A DNA stretch of 54,223 bases, the filler included, from Jimgerdemannia flammicorona (Eukaryota), in assembly GCA_003990765.1 (NCBI GenBank). It is 3 parts of 3 records of this genome, joined end to end, with 100 filler letters (N's around TTAATTAATTAA, not from the genome) between each part and the next. Parts side by side here need not be neighbours in the genome. Positions count along the whole stretch, not along the records: positions 1 to 18,009 come from RBNJ01002332.1; positions 18,110 to 36,118 come from RBNJ01002333.1; 1 more part is not named here. One strand, given 5' to 3'. Shown piece after piece: positions 12,281-25,800 of this stretch. The notes below the pieces were generated by a model. That model saw only the letters and a list, made by a program, of their open reading frames with translations. It did not search any database and was not told where the DNA came from. The position numbers and the translations under genes are program-made. The first letter of the stretch is position 1, and every line of letters starts with the position of its first letter.

Positions 12281-13989
12281 CTATACTCCTCCACTCCGCC
12301 GTTTGTACGGCACGTGTCTGTGCTCCTTGGCGGCATTGCGCTTGCGTTTCTTCTCCAAAATTTTGTCGAAATTCTTGGTCCCCTTGAGCGATTCGAATTT
12401 TTGGATGAGCTCGAGCTTCTTCTCATCGGCTTTTTTTTTTTTTTTTTTTTTTTGGGTGTGTGTATGTGTGTGCGTATGCATGTGTGGACGCAATAGAGCA
12501 TAACGATCGAGGGTAGAGCGTATTGTTCAAAGGGAAATCGTGCAAGTGTGTTTGATGGCGTAAGCGAACGGGGAATTTGAGACAAAAGCTGCCAAAGAAA
12601 AAGGCCAAAAAACGTACACTTCTTCAGAAAGAAAGGTTTTTTCCCCTTCTTGACGAACTCCATCTCCACTTTCTTCCGCTCGCGTTTGAGCTCGAGTTTA
12701 TGTTTCTGTATCTTGAGCGTCGAGTCTCTCGATTGCTGTTGTCAAGTCCACGGCAAATATTCAAAGTGAACAATGTGTCACCCAGTTCCGCAAAGTTGTG
12801 CAATCCATAGCCTTTCCCCAGAACAGCGAGGTATAGTAGCCTACCATCCTCGTCAATAACTCCTGCAGCTTCGTCTTCTCCTCCGCGTTTTTCTCTTTGC
12901 GGATCTGCTCGCGCAACATGCTGAGCTCGGAGCTCTTATACCCGTCGAGAAAGCTATATGACTTCTCGAACAGGTCCTGGTTCAGCTTCCCCGATAACTG
13001 GTCAAAGCGTGGATCGCGCCGTTTCTGGGTACGATTATAAGGTTGGTGCGATGTCTGGGGCTCATTATGACCGATATCAGTAAAGTGTCTACGAAAACGT
13101 CTTACCAGCCCAACGGCTCCCACCACCTCCCTGAACCGTCCGACGGGACGCTTGGATGTTTGTTCTACCGGTCTGCCAATTTGAACGTGGCGTATAAAGT
13201 TAGTCTTCCCTTCTGTCCCACGTATCCAATTTGATCTCCCCACTGCTTCTCATAACGTTATTCGCACACTCCCTCCCGAATAATTCAAACCCCAACGTCA
13301 ACCCAATGAATATCGTACGCACTTATTCTTGCTGCTGCGCTTCATCTCTTTCCTGTCCTTAGGTAGCCTCTGGACGTCCTTGGCCCTCTTGGCCCCGCCA
13401 TCCTCAGCCTCCCCTCCTGCCTTCCGTGTCGTCTTGCGTGGTGCGACCTCAAAATCGTCATCGCTCTTGTCCACCTCTTCCCTGCCATTTGCTTCCGCTT
13501 TTCGTCGGAAGCTTTTGTGAAACTCCTTCATACCGACTTTCTGTTGTATCTCGGCAAGCTTCTCGAAGGGGATGTGCGCCAGGCCTACGTATAGGGCAAT
13601 GAATATTAAATTACAAAGTTATACCGATGGCCGGGTGATGCAGGTAGATGAATGCGAGACATACTTCGTTGCAATTGCTTTAGCTTTTCGTTCTCTGCGC
13701 CGCCGCCGCCGCCGTCATCGTCGTCTCCATCTTCCTGTACAACCAGCAAATCATCAAACACACACACCAAAATTTCACCAAAGAGAACCATTGCAACGCT
13801 GACACATACCTCGCTCTCCTCCTCTCCGACTTCCTCACGACCGAACCTAAACTCCTCCGGCGCACCGTCGTCCTCACTCTCATCTTCGGAGTTCCGATCC
13901 ACCCGCCCGAACTTGTCGCTAGACTTACTGTCATCTCGGTGTTGTTTTCGTTTCAGCGCCACTTGTTTGTTGATGGGTTTGCGCGACAT
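12281..13989 (-). CDS. RRP36: rRNA biogenesis protein RRP36, multi-exon
   Basis: Motifs RPVEQTSKRPVGRFREVV, RRDPRFDQLSGKLNQDLFEKSYSFLDGYK, KKGKKPFFLKK, ILEKKRKRNAAKEHRHVP across GT-AG introns. Confidence 0.92.
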
Positions 13990-14630
13990 TGGCCTGGGTC
14001 GTTATGTTTTGTGCCAGTTGTATGTCGTAAAAAATAATGTTTTTCGAGACGGTCTTGTGGCTAAGGCAGACACGTGATTATGAATCTCGTAATCAAAATG
14101 TTGATATATCCATTTTATTAAGACTATGGTACAAGATTTTTGAAGTATGTCTCCATGGAATTACTGTAGGACCGCACAAACCAACCCGATATTGACATCC
14201 ACAACACATCACAAAACAATGGGGGCCATTCAATGAAAAGCAATAAATTTACACAAGCAGCTAGCAGGTCTCCAAAAAAAAAAAAAAGTGCTGCAATGAA
14301 GAAAGGAGAAAGTAATGCATGAATGAAAGATAATAAACATAGCATCTGGCAAAGATAACCACAGCATTGGCATGAATTGATACAACAAAAATTATATGCC
14401 CAGATGTGATGCAAAAGCCCAATGGCCCAATGACAAAAACCGCCCAAGTTTTCAAAGCTAAATTTGAAGCGCATCGCGCAACAATATATGTAAAATCATG
14501 CCCTCAAACCTCTCAGATGGATGCCCCCCCCCCTCCTTCCAAAAAAAAAAAAACCAGAGTCCATGAATGGCGTGGCCCCGCCCTCTCACCACGTATATAG
14601 TCCGGCAACTAAGCCAAAGGTACCATCCCT

Positions 14631-17600
14631 CTAATTAAGCGTGCCCTTGCAACCTTTGGACCCACACAGACAAGGAATCTTGTCCGCCTCGATCGGGAAC
14701 TTGTAATCGTAAGTGATCTCCTCGTCCTTGTCGATGTCACGGTTCGCGTAGATGACAATTTTCTTTTGTTTGTCAACGGTGATGATCTTGGCATTGCAGT
14801 TGGGCTGTGAAGAATGAAAGCCAACATATCAGGCCCACATCTAAACACAGAAGTAGCGTTCTACCCAACACACTCAGAGCCAGCGCAATGGGAAGAAACC
14901 ACTTACCGTGCAACAATGATTAATGAACCTTGCGATATTGCCCATCTTGGTCGCATCAATCACCGTATCATCATCCACTCGGAACAGGTACGAGCTCCCG
15001 ACGCCGGCTCTCTCGTACCTCTTCTCGCGGTGGTCGGCCACCTTCTGCCTAATGACCTCGCCCACGTACTCGATGACCATGTCGTTGGCGTCGATGCGTT
15101 CCTGGGCGAATAGGCCCCAGTCGTGGATGGGCGATTTGGCAAACCGCAGCTGCTTCTTGCGGCTCTTGAGCTGGTTGAACTTGAGGATGTCCGAGTCCGT
15201 GGCCGTGGTGCGCTTGTGTAGGTCCATGCCCACGAGGAGCCGTCGGTTATTGACGCGGTTCATGCGCGACGTCACGCTCGAGGACTTAATGACGTTATTG
15301 GAGCCGCCGTTGAAAACCGCCTTGTTCTTGGGGAGGTACGTAGCCTTGACCGAATCCGGGATTGGGTAGTAGCCCTCGGTGCGTGCGCACCCGGTCTTGT
15401 GTGGGGATGGGGTCATATCTTCTACAAAAAGGTTATCGTTACCTGAAAAACACAACGGACAATTGCCGTGGATGGTTAGTATTTGATCGGGATAGGATCT
15501 CCGTGTGAAGCATACCAAAAAAAAAAAAACATACACTCACCACCCCTTCTGACCACAATATGGTTATCCCCATACAATGAGGCCATATCGTCCATCACCC
15601 CACTGCCATTCTCGCTCTGCGCCTGCGCCTGCGCCTGCGCCTGCGCCTGCGCCCGCTCCTCGATCGCCATCTTCAAGTACTGGAAATCCTCGTCGTCCTC
15701 AACGAGTTCGAACGGATCGCAATCTTTCATCTCAATGTCCGAAGGTGTGTCAATATCGCTCGACTCCTCCGACGCTGGCGTCGCAATCTCCTCCTCCGTC
15801 TCCTCCTCCGTCTTCGCCACCACCAACTCCTCCCGTTTTAGCCCTATCACTCCGTCCTCTTCATCCACACCTGCGTGCCCCTCAACTTCCGACCCACTGG
15901 AGTGCCCCAGCTCTTTCGTGGGCCGGAAATGATCCTCCGTCTCGGAATTGGATCCGAATTCCGCCCTCGGCTTCCTCGACACCTTCTCGCTTGCACCCCT
16001 TCCTTTCTTCACCCCGGGCTGCGGTGGCACCAGCCGATTCTTTTTCGCCTGCGCCGACGCTCCCCGTCGCCTTGGCTTATACTCCTCGTACTCTGATCCG
16101 CTGTCGCCTCCATCCAAGATCGTCATCTCTGGCGCGAGCTCGGGCTCCGTGTCGGACTCAGAGTGACCGCTTCCCTCGCTACTCGTGAAGTCGATGTTGC
16201 GCCTTGAAGCCTTGGACCCGGTTGACTTCTTCCTTGGCCGCTTCTTCCCGCGCGAGTCGGGTTCCGAATCGCTCGATCTTCGCTTTGCCCCGCGGCCCTT
16301 CCTATGGCGCGGCTTGTCGTCGTCGCCGTCTTCGGCGTGACTCGCGTTCGACTCCTCGCGATCGCCCTCGTCGTCGTCGTAATCGTCTGCAACTATGAAG
16401 TTGTCTTTCACTTCCTCGTCGTCTCTCTCATCCTGCCGGTGCAGCTCGCGCAAAAAATCATCATGATCATCATCTTCGTTATCCTCCTCGCTCAAATAAT
16501 CCCGTAGCCGCGGCTGCCGCTGCTTCCGGCGTTTGTCGATGGGCGGTCGCGGCGGTGTTGGCGGGTGCAGCATCGGCGGCGGCTCCTGCACTGGAGACCG
16601 AGGCGGTGACGCCAGGGGAGGTGGCGCGTTCGGGTTGGCCTCATCGTCCGAGGTGGAAATCTCACCCTCCTCGGCGCTTGATTCCTCGACACGTTCCACC
16701 GCCGCCGGCTCCTCCTTCTTAATCTTGGGCTTGGCATGCCCATTCTGCCGCTTGTTGCGCGCGCGGCGTTGTTCTCGATCCCGATCCCTATCCCTATCCC
16801 GATCGTCGTACGAATCTGAGTCCGAGTAGTCGTACAACCGTTCCTTCCGCGAGCCACCGTCGCGGTCGCGGTAATGTCGTAAGTCGTCCGATTCGTATCG
16901 CAATCGTCGGTCCGAATCCCGCTCGCGCTCACGTGAGCGATCATGCTCCTCCTGCTTGATTTGCGATGTACGCTTCTTGAACCGCGGCAGTTTGCTGATG
17001 GTGAGGGCGGTCGGTTCGGCCATCACAATATCATTCTGCTCGGATTCCTTCGTCGGAACGGCGGCATCCGATGTCTTATCGTGCTGACTTTTGGACTCCA
17101 TAATCATAGACGCAGCGATCTCCTGCTTTCCATCGACAGTCTTGACCTGATCAGCCTCACGATCCTCCCCCTCGTTTTTACCATCCAGCCCCTTCTCGAA
17201 ACCCCTGAGAACCTTATTATCGTCCTGGGCAGTATTTTCTGCCCCCTCCACTTTAACAGCGGTTTGCTCCTCCTCCTTCACGACATCCCCCCCCTTCCCC
17301 TCCGTTCCCACTGGTCGATCCTTCTTCGACTTGGCCTCCCTCGCCTTCCGCAAGCTAGGATTCAAGAAATCGTGTACGTATGGAAGAACAACGCGACTCT
17401 TAATGTCCTTGAGAAATACCTCGGCCAGCTCCTGTATCAGTATGCTTTTAGTATGATGAGCCAGATCCGACGCGCTAAACAAGTTCTTCTGCGGTGGCGA
17501 CGATGAAGACGCGGTAGTAGCAGCCGTCGCCGCGGCCATGGCGGACGGCCGTCTAAGGTCAACTGAAGGCGACCTAGACCTCGGCCGCGACGCCCTATCC

Positions 17601-17968
17601 TTGCTTTCTAACGACAGCCTACGCACGTATCGCGGCGTCTCAATCGATGCTACCCCCGCCACCGTCGCAGACACGGACGCCCTTGGCCTCGACGCTGACT
17701 CTGCACCTGTACCGTTGGTGGTGGAGCTGAGGGTGATGATCATTTTGTAGCCCAGTAGGTTTGTCTTATCGGTAGCGGTGTATGCCTTCCTCGCCTGGCT
17801 CAGCGACGCGAAGACTATGTACCAGTCCTCGGTGTCGTGGTAGACGTCTCTGCACTCGAAGGCAGTGAAATGTTTGCGGAGCTCCTCCAACACGTCGCGG
17901 AGGAACGGCAAGCAGCTGCGCGAGATGATCAGGCACGGTTGCGATTCGTAATTGTAGAGCCGTCGTTC
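14631..17968 (-). CDS. SET1: Histone H3K4 methyltransferase Set1 (5'-truncated by the contig end)
   Basis: n-[39 protein letters not shown] motif ARFINHCC, post-[21 protein letters not shown]-like segment at ~17750-17950; introns at about 14805-14905 and 15420-15540. Confidence 0.95.
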
Positions 17969-18009
17969 CTATGTGGAGGAACATGGAATTAAATATTATG
18001 CACCGAAAA

Positions 18010-18109
18010 NNNNNNNNNNNNNNNNNNNNNNNNNNNNNNNNNNNNNNNNNNNNTTAATTAATTAANNNNNNNNNNNNNNNNNNNNNNNNNNNNNNNNNNN
18101 NNNNNNNNN
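18010..18109. other. Artificial contig linker (N44-TTAATTAATTAA-N44)
   Basis: 100 nt with stops in all six frames; identical to 36119-36218. Confidence 0.98.
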
Positions 18110-19432
18110 AAAAATAAAGATTCTGAATGTCTACTAGTTCTCTAAGCTGTAATATATTACCTATTACTTGGACTTTCCAGCTTGGGTGGTGAAGAGACTG
18201 ATGGAGCTGGCTAGGGATTGGATTTGAGCTTAGAGGCAATCCCAGATCAGTTGGGATACCCTTTCAATACTAGTAGTTTGAGGGGGGTTAGGACTGGTGG
18301 ACCTTCCTAAGAGGCTGCACTGTCTGAGAGCTTGGTGGTTGAAGTGGGTAGCAAAGCTAAGGGGAGGGGGATAGGTGCCATTGATGAAGAAGGTGTGGGA
18401 GATGAGATTCTCCCCAAGAGGGTCCTCAGGGGATTTGCTTTTCCTGGTAGATCTGGGTAGAAGCCAAAGGCTGCAGTATAAAGACTTCTGGTGGGGAGTA
18501 GCAGATAGAGTATACTATATAGGACTGTACTAGTATAGCAATGAAGGGAAGATGCTGTGGGGACCAGCTATATAGAAATGGGACAGATTGCTTCTGGGGG
18601 GTACTCTCTTTATTGAATTTGATATTAGTGATAAAGTGGAGTATCAGAGGGGTCTTGGTCAGGATCTTTGGTCTAGCAGTTGATAAGCAGTGAGGATCAG
18701 TGAGGGGGATTGGGTGGGAGTCTGGGAATAGAGTGCTGAGGTATGGAGGTGGCTTCCTCCCAAGTACTAGGTGGTATAGTAGTATATACTATGGAGGAAT
18801 ATTATGTTGAATTTCCACTCTAGGCATCTGATGAATGATAGTATACTGGAATGTTAGGCATACTATAATGTAGAATAAGTTGGGGGATTTGTGCAGATAC
18901 TGAAACATTGGCTAGAAGAGTGTGAGGTTCTGGGGGACTTTTGGATAGTAGTAGGAGACTGGCTGAGTATAAAGAGGAGACCAGATGGGGTGAGGGTTTA
19001 CTGGAAAGATCTGAGAACTAGGTTGGTGAGTGGGGTGGATAATGAATGGCTCACTATAGAGGGGTGTTAGCTGTATGGATAGGGCTGGCTGGACATTAGC
19101 TCTTTGTTTTTGAGGAGGAGTGACAGCTAAGCTTATAAGAGAGGTTGTTAAAATAGGAGAGATTGGTGGAAAATACATATACTGACAGAGTAGTGGGTTG
19201 GATGGCGCCCCCAGAGTAGATATTGCCACCATCTGGTAGAAGGGACTTGTAGACAGAGTGGTGGGCAAATAAAGGTGATTAATGACCTAATGGTCTTTAA
19301 TTGAGAGAGAGTAGGGGGGGGGGGGCCTAGGGGGATTGGATAGGAGTGGGCTTAGTTTATTATATATGGAATAGATAGCTATATTAATAAAGGAAAGAGT
19401 CTAAGAGAAAATAATAATAATAATAATAATAA
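18110..19432 (+). mobile_element. 3' part of an L1/Tx1-like LINE ORF2, with 3' UTR and (AAT)n tail
   Basis: Homologous to 33380-34132 (post-RT W...ISW.TL..P...GGLGL.D motif); G-run 3' UTR like 36290-36370; (AAT)n at ~19410-19432. Confidence 0.8.
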
Positions 19433-19599
19433 GTTATAATAAACTATAAACTAATAATCCTCTTTAGATTCTCTTATATATTACTGATCTTATCTATTAA
19501 ATACTATTTCAAAGTTTCTACAACTATCTCTCTAGTCTTTTAATTCTCTCTTTCTTAGTAATCTTCTAATACTTACTAGAAATCTTTTAATTTCTGATA

Positions 19600-21476
19600 T
19601 AACAAAATTACATTCTAACATCACAAAGGATGTTGTAATCAAGCTAACATTATTAGATTCATATCATCAGCAAGGTTACATGCTAGAAAAACCAAGAATA
19701 TTAGTGAGATTATAATGATTTTATACTAATTTCAACTCTTGTTAGCCAGTAACATCATAGTAGTCACACTAGCCTCTGTACTAGTTTAGTATATACTCAC
19801 ACTGACATCACTATGAATATATCTAAGAAATAGACTAAGGATACTAAAAATAGCATAAACTAAATTAGTCTTTAGCTATATTGATATTATAAACTAAAAT
19901 AGTCTATGATATTATAGAAACTAGAGTATATCAAAATTAGCCATTATATCATCAGTTCTCTGATATCAAAAACTAGTAAGATCTTTGAGACCAGTAACTT
20001 CATAGGCTAAACTAGACTATGACAAGCTATGAAATCATAGTTGTTATATACTAAAATAATTAAAATTACTATACAAACTTAAAGATACTCCTCAAAAATA
20101 AAACTAAATATAAACAAATTATACTCTCTCCTTCTGAATATATCTACTAAGTACTCTGGAATACCGTCTTTGATCATCAACACCAGTTCTCCTAAGAATA
20201 TATTGATATAGATACTTATAATCTTGAGTAATATCTATAAGCTGCTGATGAAGTTATATCTAGAATACAACAGGTCACCAGATACTTCATGATATTGAGA
20301 AACTATCAGATAGATAGACTCATTGTCAGAAGTAGTATAAATACTTTAGAGATATTAGATGAATATAATATCTCTATATTTAGATAGTATATTTTACTTC
20401 ATATCTATCAATTATTTAAGAAAATGTCCTTTACCATTAGTAATATATAAAAGATAGCTCCTGTCAACATTAGTAGCCTTAATGAAACCTACACAATATA
20501 AGTAGAGTTAGATCTTATAAATGATTTTAACCTTTAAGACTATTATAATAATAATGCTTAGCTATATAAGAATGAGATATTCAACTCTATTATTGATCTC
20601 TTCTAAGGACTAATTATATTAGTCTTCATCTTTATCAGTGCCTAACCATCTGACTTTTCTATTCTCTCAAATGTTAAACTAGTCTCTGACTGGTCTACTA
20701 TATCATCTGAGGCTATAAGATCAGAAGCTAGCTCAGAGGAGTTAACCTCTTCTTCATCTAAAATAGAGTCAGATAAAAGACCTCTAATCTCTTATATAGA
20801 AGTTCATTACTACTATACAATATAATGAAATACTACATCATAAGTCTCAGTCAAAATCTTGAATAATTACCTTATAGCTATTATATGAAAATAATATCAT
20901 TAAATAGCATCATTATGACTTCATGATAATATCATTATAGTATAACTTTTATATTATTTCTAGTAACCTTCTTACTTATATTTCTTAGCCAATAGTTAGT
21001 CAAAGTTAAGAGGCCTTCAAAATATATAAATATATTTAGAGAAACAACTTAAGAACTAGTAGAATTTATAGAATATTAAATAATAGAACAATTAATGACT
21101 TAAGTCTATAATATATAAATAAGTCTCAAAATAATCTCCAATAGAAAGACTATATCTAAAAATAGATATCCTGAACTCTATATATACTTGAACTCTGAAG
21201 AATCTAAATATAATTCTCAGAACTAGACTATATCTAAAAAGAATATACCAAAAGACTTAGAATTTAAATAATTAAAGTCTATGGTTGCCAAATTGTTATT
21301 CAAGTCTACCAAAAGGAGACTAGATCAATTAGAAGTATAATAGATAGTACTTAGACATTAAGACAGCCACTTCCTCAAGCTATAGATATCTGATATAAGT
21401 GTCTTTAAGTTATTGGTATCAAGAATCATTAACTTAAAGAATATAATTACTATAATAGTAAAGACATACTGTTACA
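19600..21476 (+). mobile_element. Very decayed 3' end of an LTR retrotransposon (element D) with accessory ORF relics and a probable LTR ending TGTTACA
   Basis: Stop-riddled frame at ~20085-20800 resembles the ORFs at 41295-42251 and 34919-35762 (EVISR...NYQI...HIYQLF...IIDLF*GLII). Confidence 0.5.
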
Positions 21477-21731
21477 TCTGATACTCTACCAAGATATACT
21501 CTGGTATTTACAGTCCAATCTCACACCTTTCCCTATTTTTAACTATTATCAAACCAGTCTTCTACCAGTTAATTGACTATCTCTCCAAAAGTCTCACCCT
21601 TATCTACTTTATTATCTCCTCTAAGAAAAATTGTCTATCTTCTTACTTTATATCTGAAAGATCTTTTCCTCTTATCACCTTCTTTCCTAATCCTCTCCCT
21701 CTACTATATCTACCCCCTGCAGCTCTAGAGC

Positions 21732-22155
21732 TAGTACTTTCAATGAATTAAATTGAATTAAATTTAGCCCAAATTTGATTTAATTTAATTGAATCAAAGA
21801 TCTAATTCAATTCGATTCAAAATTGAATCAAAGGTCCAATTTGATTCAAGATTCAATTTAAACTCTATTTTTTGAAATATAATAACTTAATGAAAATATA
21901 TCCAAATTTAACAAACTTTAGCTTATTAGATTCCTCTATATAAGAGAAATCCAACAAGCAAAAGATCATAAATTTAGATGTATTTTTGTCAAGTTATTAT
22001 ATTTCTAAAAATAGAGTTCAAATCAGACCCTCAATTTGATTTAAATTCAATTTGATTCAAACTTGATTCAAATTAAAAAATCCACAATTCAATTCAATTT
22101 GAATGACCCCCAATTCAATTTGATTTGAATTGATTTGATTCATTTGGAAGCAATA
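21732..22155. mobile_element. Non-autonomous foldback MITE, hAT-like, inserted in a minus-strand GA-rich (LINE-like) fragment
   Basis: Termini TAGTACTTTCAATGAAT / ATTCATTTGGAAGCAATA; long internal palindrome centred at ~21940; AATTCAATTTGA-type subterminal repeats; degraded 8-bp flanks TCTAGAGC / CCTATGGC. Confidence 0.7.
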
Positions 22156-24418
22156 CCTATGGCCAATCAAGCTTCCACTATCCCCTACCAAAAACCCTTA
22201 AACTATAATCTACTTACTCTCTCCACCCTAAGCAAACTCCTCACACTCAGGCTGTAAACCAAAAGTGATAATGAAAAAGTAAAGAAGCAAAGCATACCAG
22301 TTTTGCTATCCATTTAACAGAGTTGCACTGAAATTTCAATGCTTCTGTTAATCAAATAAAAATGAAAGTTTGCATAATATCCTTGTTTTTGAACATATCT
22401 TTGAGTATTATTATTTGTCTGCTTATTGATCAACACAGATTTTTTGCATGGCTCGCACCTTGCGGCGGCTTGCGCGGCTTGTGCTTGCGCGGCTATGCTT
22501 ACATGCACCTACCGCTTGCACACGAAATTAGCTAAGCCTGGTTGTTTTACCATCACTCGCATGTCAGGTTTAAATATACTGAAATTAGGGGAACTGGGTG
22601 CACTGGTTTCGTACATGCATATCGTGTCGCGGCCTATGACTTTTTCATCCCAGCTCTCGTCAAATATGCATATCTTTGTCAAATGCCTTGTTGGAAACTT
22701 TGCAAATTCATATGCCTATTAGCAAATGGGGCTCATAATTGAGTTAGTTTCAACCTTGAATATTGACCACCATCACTGGCGTCACACATGTGAAGTTAGG
22801 TCGTCAAATAAACACAAAACAAATGATTATCAAAAAGCATCAGTATATATACGACGATGAAGGTATACAGAGGAGACGTGATATTCAACAACTATGATCC
22901 GCAAACACTCAACACGAGAAAGCTTATTCGATAAGCAAAAGTTACTCCTTTTTACATTTTGCGCACACCCACCAAAGGTCACTTTTAGGTCGATCATGCC
23001 CACCCTCCTGGCTGGGTCGATCTCCTTGAGGAAGGCACCGACGGTCCTAAGGGACACGCTTCATCTCTATGACGATCTTCTTTTGCGACGGCGATGAAAG
23101 GTCGGTGATCTTGCCGCCCGTGTCGTGGACCGCCTCCCCGAAGGACTTGGTTCCGTCTTCTGAGAACTCCATGGTGACGCTTGGATCTCGTCCAGTAATG
23201 AAAGGCTTGTGTGTCGTAATATCCTATGATGTGAAGGATAATGACACTGATGAATAAGATTGATTTCAAAACAATATTTTGGTGAAATACGCAACCGCCA
23301 TAACGTGGTATATTTATCATACCAGATATCCTTGGGTGGGGCTTAACCAATTCAAGGATCTTCGGGCTGACCTTCGCACAGCAGATGGAGAACGAATATA
23401 TCCTTTACCATCTCTCCGGGTGCGAGAGGGTTTTCTGAATAAATTATTAATAGGGTAAGAGCGGGCCTGAGTCATGCATTATCGACCAAACTGTGCACGT
23501 CGTGGAAACTGAAGTCCATACATAACCAGCACAGGCTGTAGCACAGGGTTCGTCGACCGAACGTGCACGCCACCTATACCAACAGCCCGAGAGCGTAGCA
23601 TGGTGTGTAAGCACGGTGCTTGTCCACCAATATGTGCACGTCGCGGAAACTGAGGTTCGGACATGTTTCGATCTAATTCTCGCCAGTCGTCGCTGACTAT
23701 CTGCAGACGATGTTAAATACTTTGGGTTGATTACGACTCCAAGATTAACCATAAAAACCTAGAATGATGAATGACGCTTAACCGTAGAAGATTATCCGTA
23801 GAACAATTAACTGCCAAACGACGATGATGAACCGCGCAACCGCAAAATGGCGATGATTAACCATAGAACGATAACAATAGCCGATAATATCCACTGAACT
23901 CGACAAATCACAGAATGGCGACGAACCACAAAATGTCAACGAACGGCGACTATAGACGACGATAACCAATGAACGACAGTTAACCGAAGAATGCAAAAGG
24001 ACGTCCTGACCAAGACGTCCTGTTCGGAGCACTATGCTGGTGATTGCGATGAGTGGACCGAAATAAAATTGCTTCTACCACCTATCTGCGGTCAACGCAC
24101 CATATAGACCCGTACTCTTTCCAAAAGTCCTTAAAACTCCGCCGCCAAGCAATGACCCCAGGACTGATGCACCAAACACGACAACCCAATGGTCGCGATG
24201 TCACCAACGTCAGAAGAGTGAACGACGGAGAATCGGCATTATCGGTCAAGACGACAGAAGCGGTAGTATTGGCGGATTTGGAGATAGGAGTTGCAACAGA
24301 ATTATTAGCAGAAGCGAGTAGAATGCAGTGCTCACCAGGTAGGGAGTATGTGGGGAATGTTAGAGGAGAAACCAAGAAGCATAAAGTGGCGATAATGTAA
24401 TTAATACCGATGATTTTA

Positions 24419-24733
24419 CAATACGCTAAATCCTCCTTGAATATCGAAGTGTCTTTATTGGGGATATGTGTTGCATGAGGGAGCTCGAATGCGTGCAATC
24501 GGTCAGTTTGTAAGACGCCGGAGAATAGGGAATAATATAGGAAAAAGGGAGGTGGTTGGAAGCAAAGAAAGTGCCAATACGCTAAATCCTCCTTGAATAT
24601 CGAAGTGTCTTTATTGGGGATATGTGTTGCATGAGAGGGAGCTCGAATGTGTGTAATCGGTCAGTTTGTAAGACGCCGGAGAATAGGGGATAATATAGAA
24701 TAAAGGAGGTAGTTGGAAGCAAAGAAAGTGCCA
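24419..24733. repeat. Tandem duplication of a ~156-bp unit
   Basis: 24419-24574 and 24575-24733 are nearly identical. Confidence 0.95.
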
Positions 24734-24742
24734 AAAGCGAGG

Positions 24743-24858
24743 CCCAAACTATGAAGGATTCGAAGGGGAAAAGGAATGAGACGGGATAGTTCTACATGTC
24801 CCCAAACTATGAAGGATTCGAAGGGGAAAAGGAATGAGACGGGATAGTTCTACATGTC
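24743..24858. repeat. Exact tandem duplication of a 58-bp unit
   Basis: CCCAAACTATGAAGG...CTACATGTC at 24743-24800 and 24801-24858. Confidence 0.95.
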
Positions 24859-24919
24859 CCCGAGTCGTTAACGTGCTATCCCTTTCGGATCCCTTCACGT
24901 GCGAGAGAAGAACAAGACA

Positions 24920-25800
24920 TCATTGATGAACGGTGGTTACAAGGGAAAGGGAATTCACGTCGGAGATAAGAGATCTCATTGCAGGCTGACAGCAAATGTT
25001 TTTGCCATAGACATACAGAATTGCCGTCTTCTCTGCATTGTACATTGGCCTGATCACACCTAGGCTGATGGATGTGCCATTAATAAGTGCGACATGTACC
25101 TTGATCGTCGTCACCTCGTCCGGTGTGAGATGGTTTGCCATTTCTAAGATGCAGTTCAATTCGAAGGCCGCTTCGCAGGCGATAACAGCATATTCGGTAT
25201 AGATTTCAAATCCGCCTTGTTCGAGATCGGCAATAAAAAACACAATATGACTTCCGTTTTCGGCGAGAGTGATGGCTGCGAAGTCCGACTTCGCAGAGCC
25301 CTTCCCAGCATTACCGGGAACAAGGTGATATTCCCAAGATCTATGGATGGACGGGTCTTTTCCGAAAGCCTTTGTGATTATCGGCACCCAGAATTCCGAT
25401 TTGAGATGTGATTCGGATGGTTGACTACCAGGGCCACGACTTGGCAATGGGTTGTATTGTATGACTGCCAATAATACTTCTTCCAATGTCGATCGGCCAG
25501 AGCCACCGTTGCATCAGACTTCGTATTCCTGTAGCCACCACGTCGATATCCTCGTTTGCCGCCATTACCTCTAGTCTTCTTATGATGTATGCCATCTCGA
25601 CAATCACCACTTTCGGCCAGTACCAGAGATACATTGCCAAGGTTTATGGCGGGTTTGCGTATTTGCGGGATGGCGATCGTCATTCATTTCCGGAACTTTG
25701 ATAACGACTGAGCTTTCTTGCAAATTCTCCGATTCACCGTCTACAGAATCTTTCTCAGCGGGTATGGCCCATTACTTGGCTCCCCAGTCCGGCTCTGAAT
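24920..25800 (-). pseudogene. Frameshifted intronless gene with a possible PD-(D/E)xK-like nuclease fold
   Basis: 188-aa protein-like frame (SESHLKSEFWVPII...WEY...KSDFAAI...FFIADLEQGGF); upstream coding-like sequence is broken across frames. Confidence 0.45.

Noticed and set aside
15617..15652. (GCCTGC)n microsatellite
   Set aside because: Ordinary coding repeat (AQ)n in a disordered part of Set1
15483..17750. Many long plus-strand ORFs opposite SET1 (similarly opposite RRP36 and ATXN10)
   Set aside because: Antisense shadows of GC-rich, low-complexity coding sequence
18054..18239. ORFs running into Ns (also 36163-36465)
   Set aside because: Artefacts of the linker
24053..24498. Overlapping 115-aa and 138-aa ORFs on opposite strands
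   Set aside because: No recognisable motif, and partly inside a tandem duplication; neither can be supported as a gene
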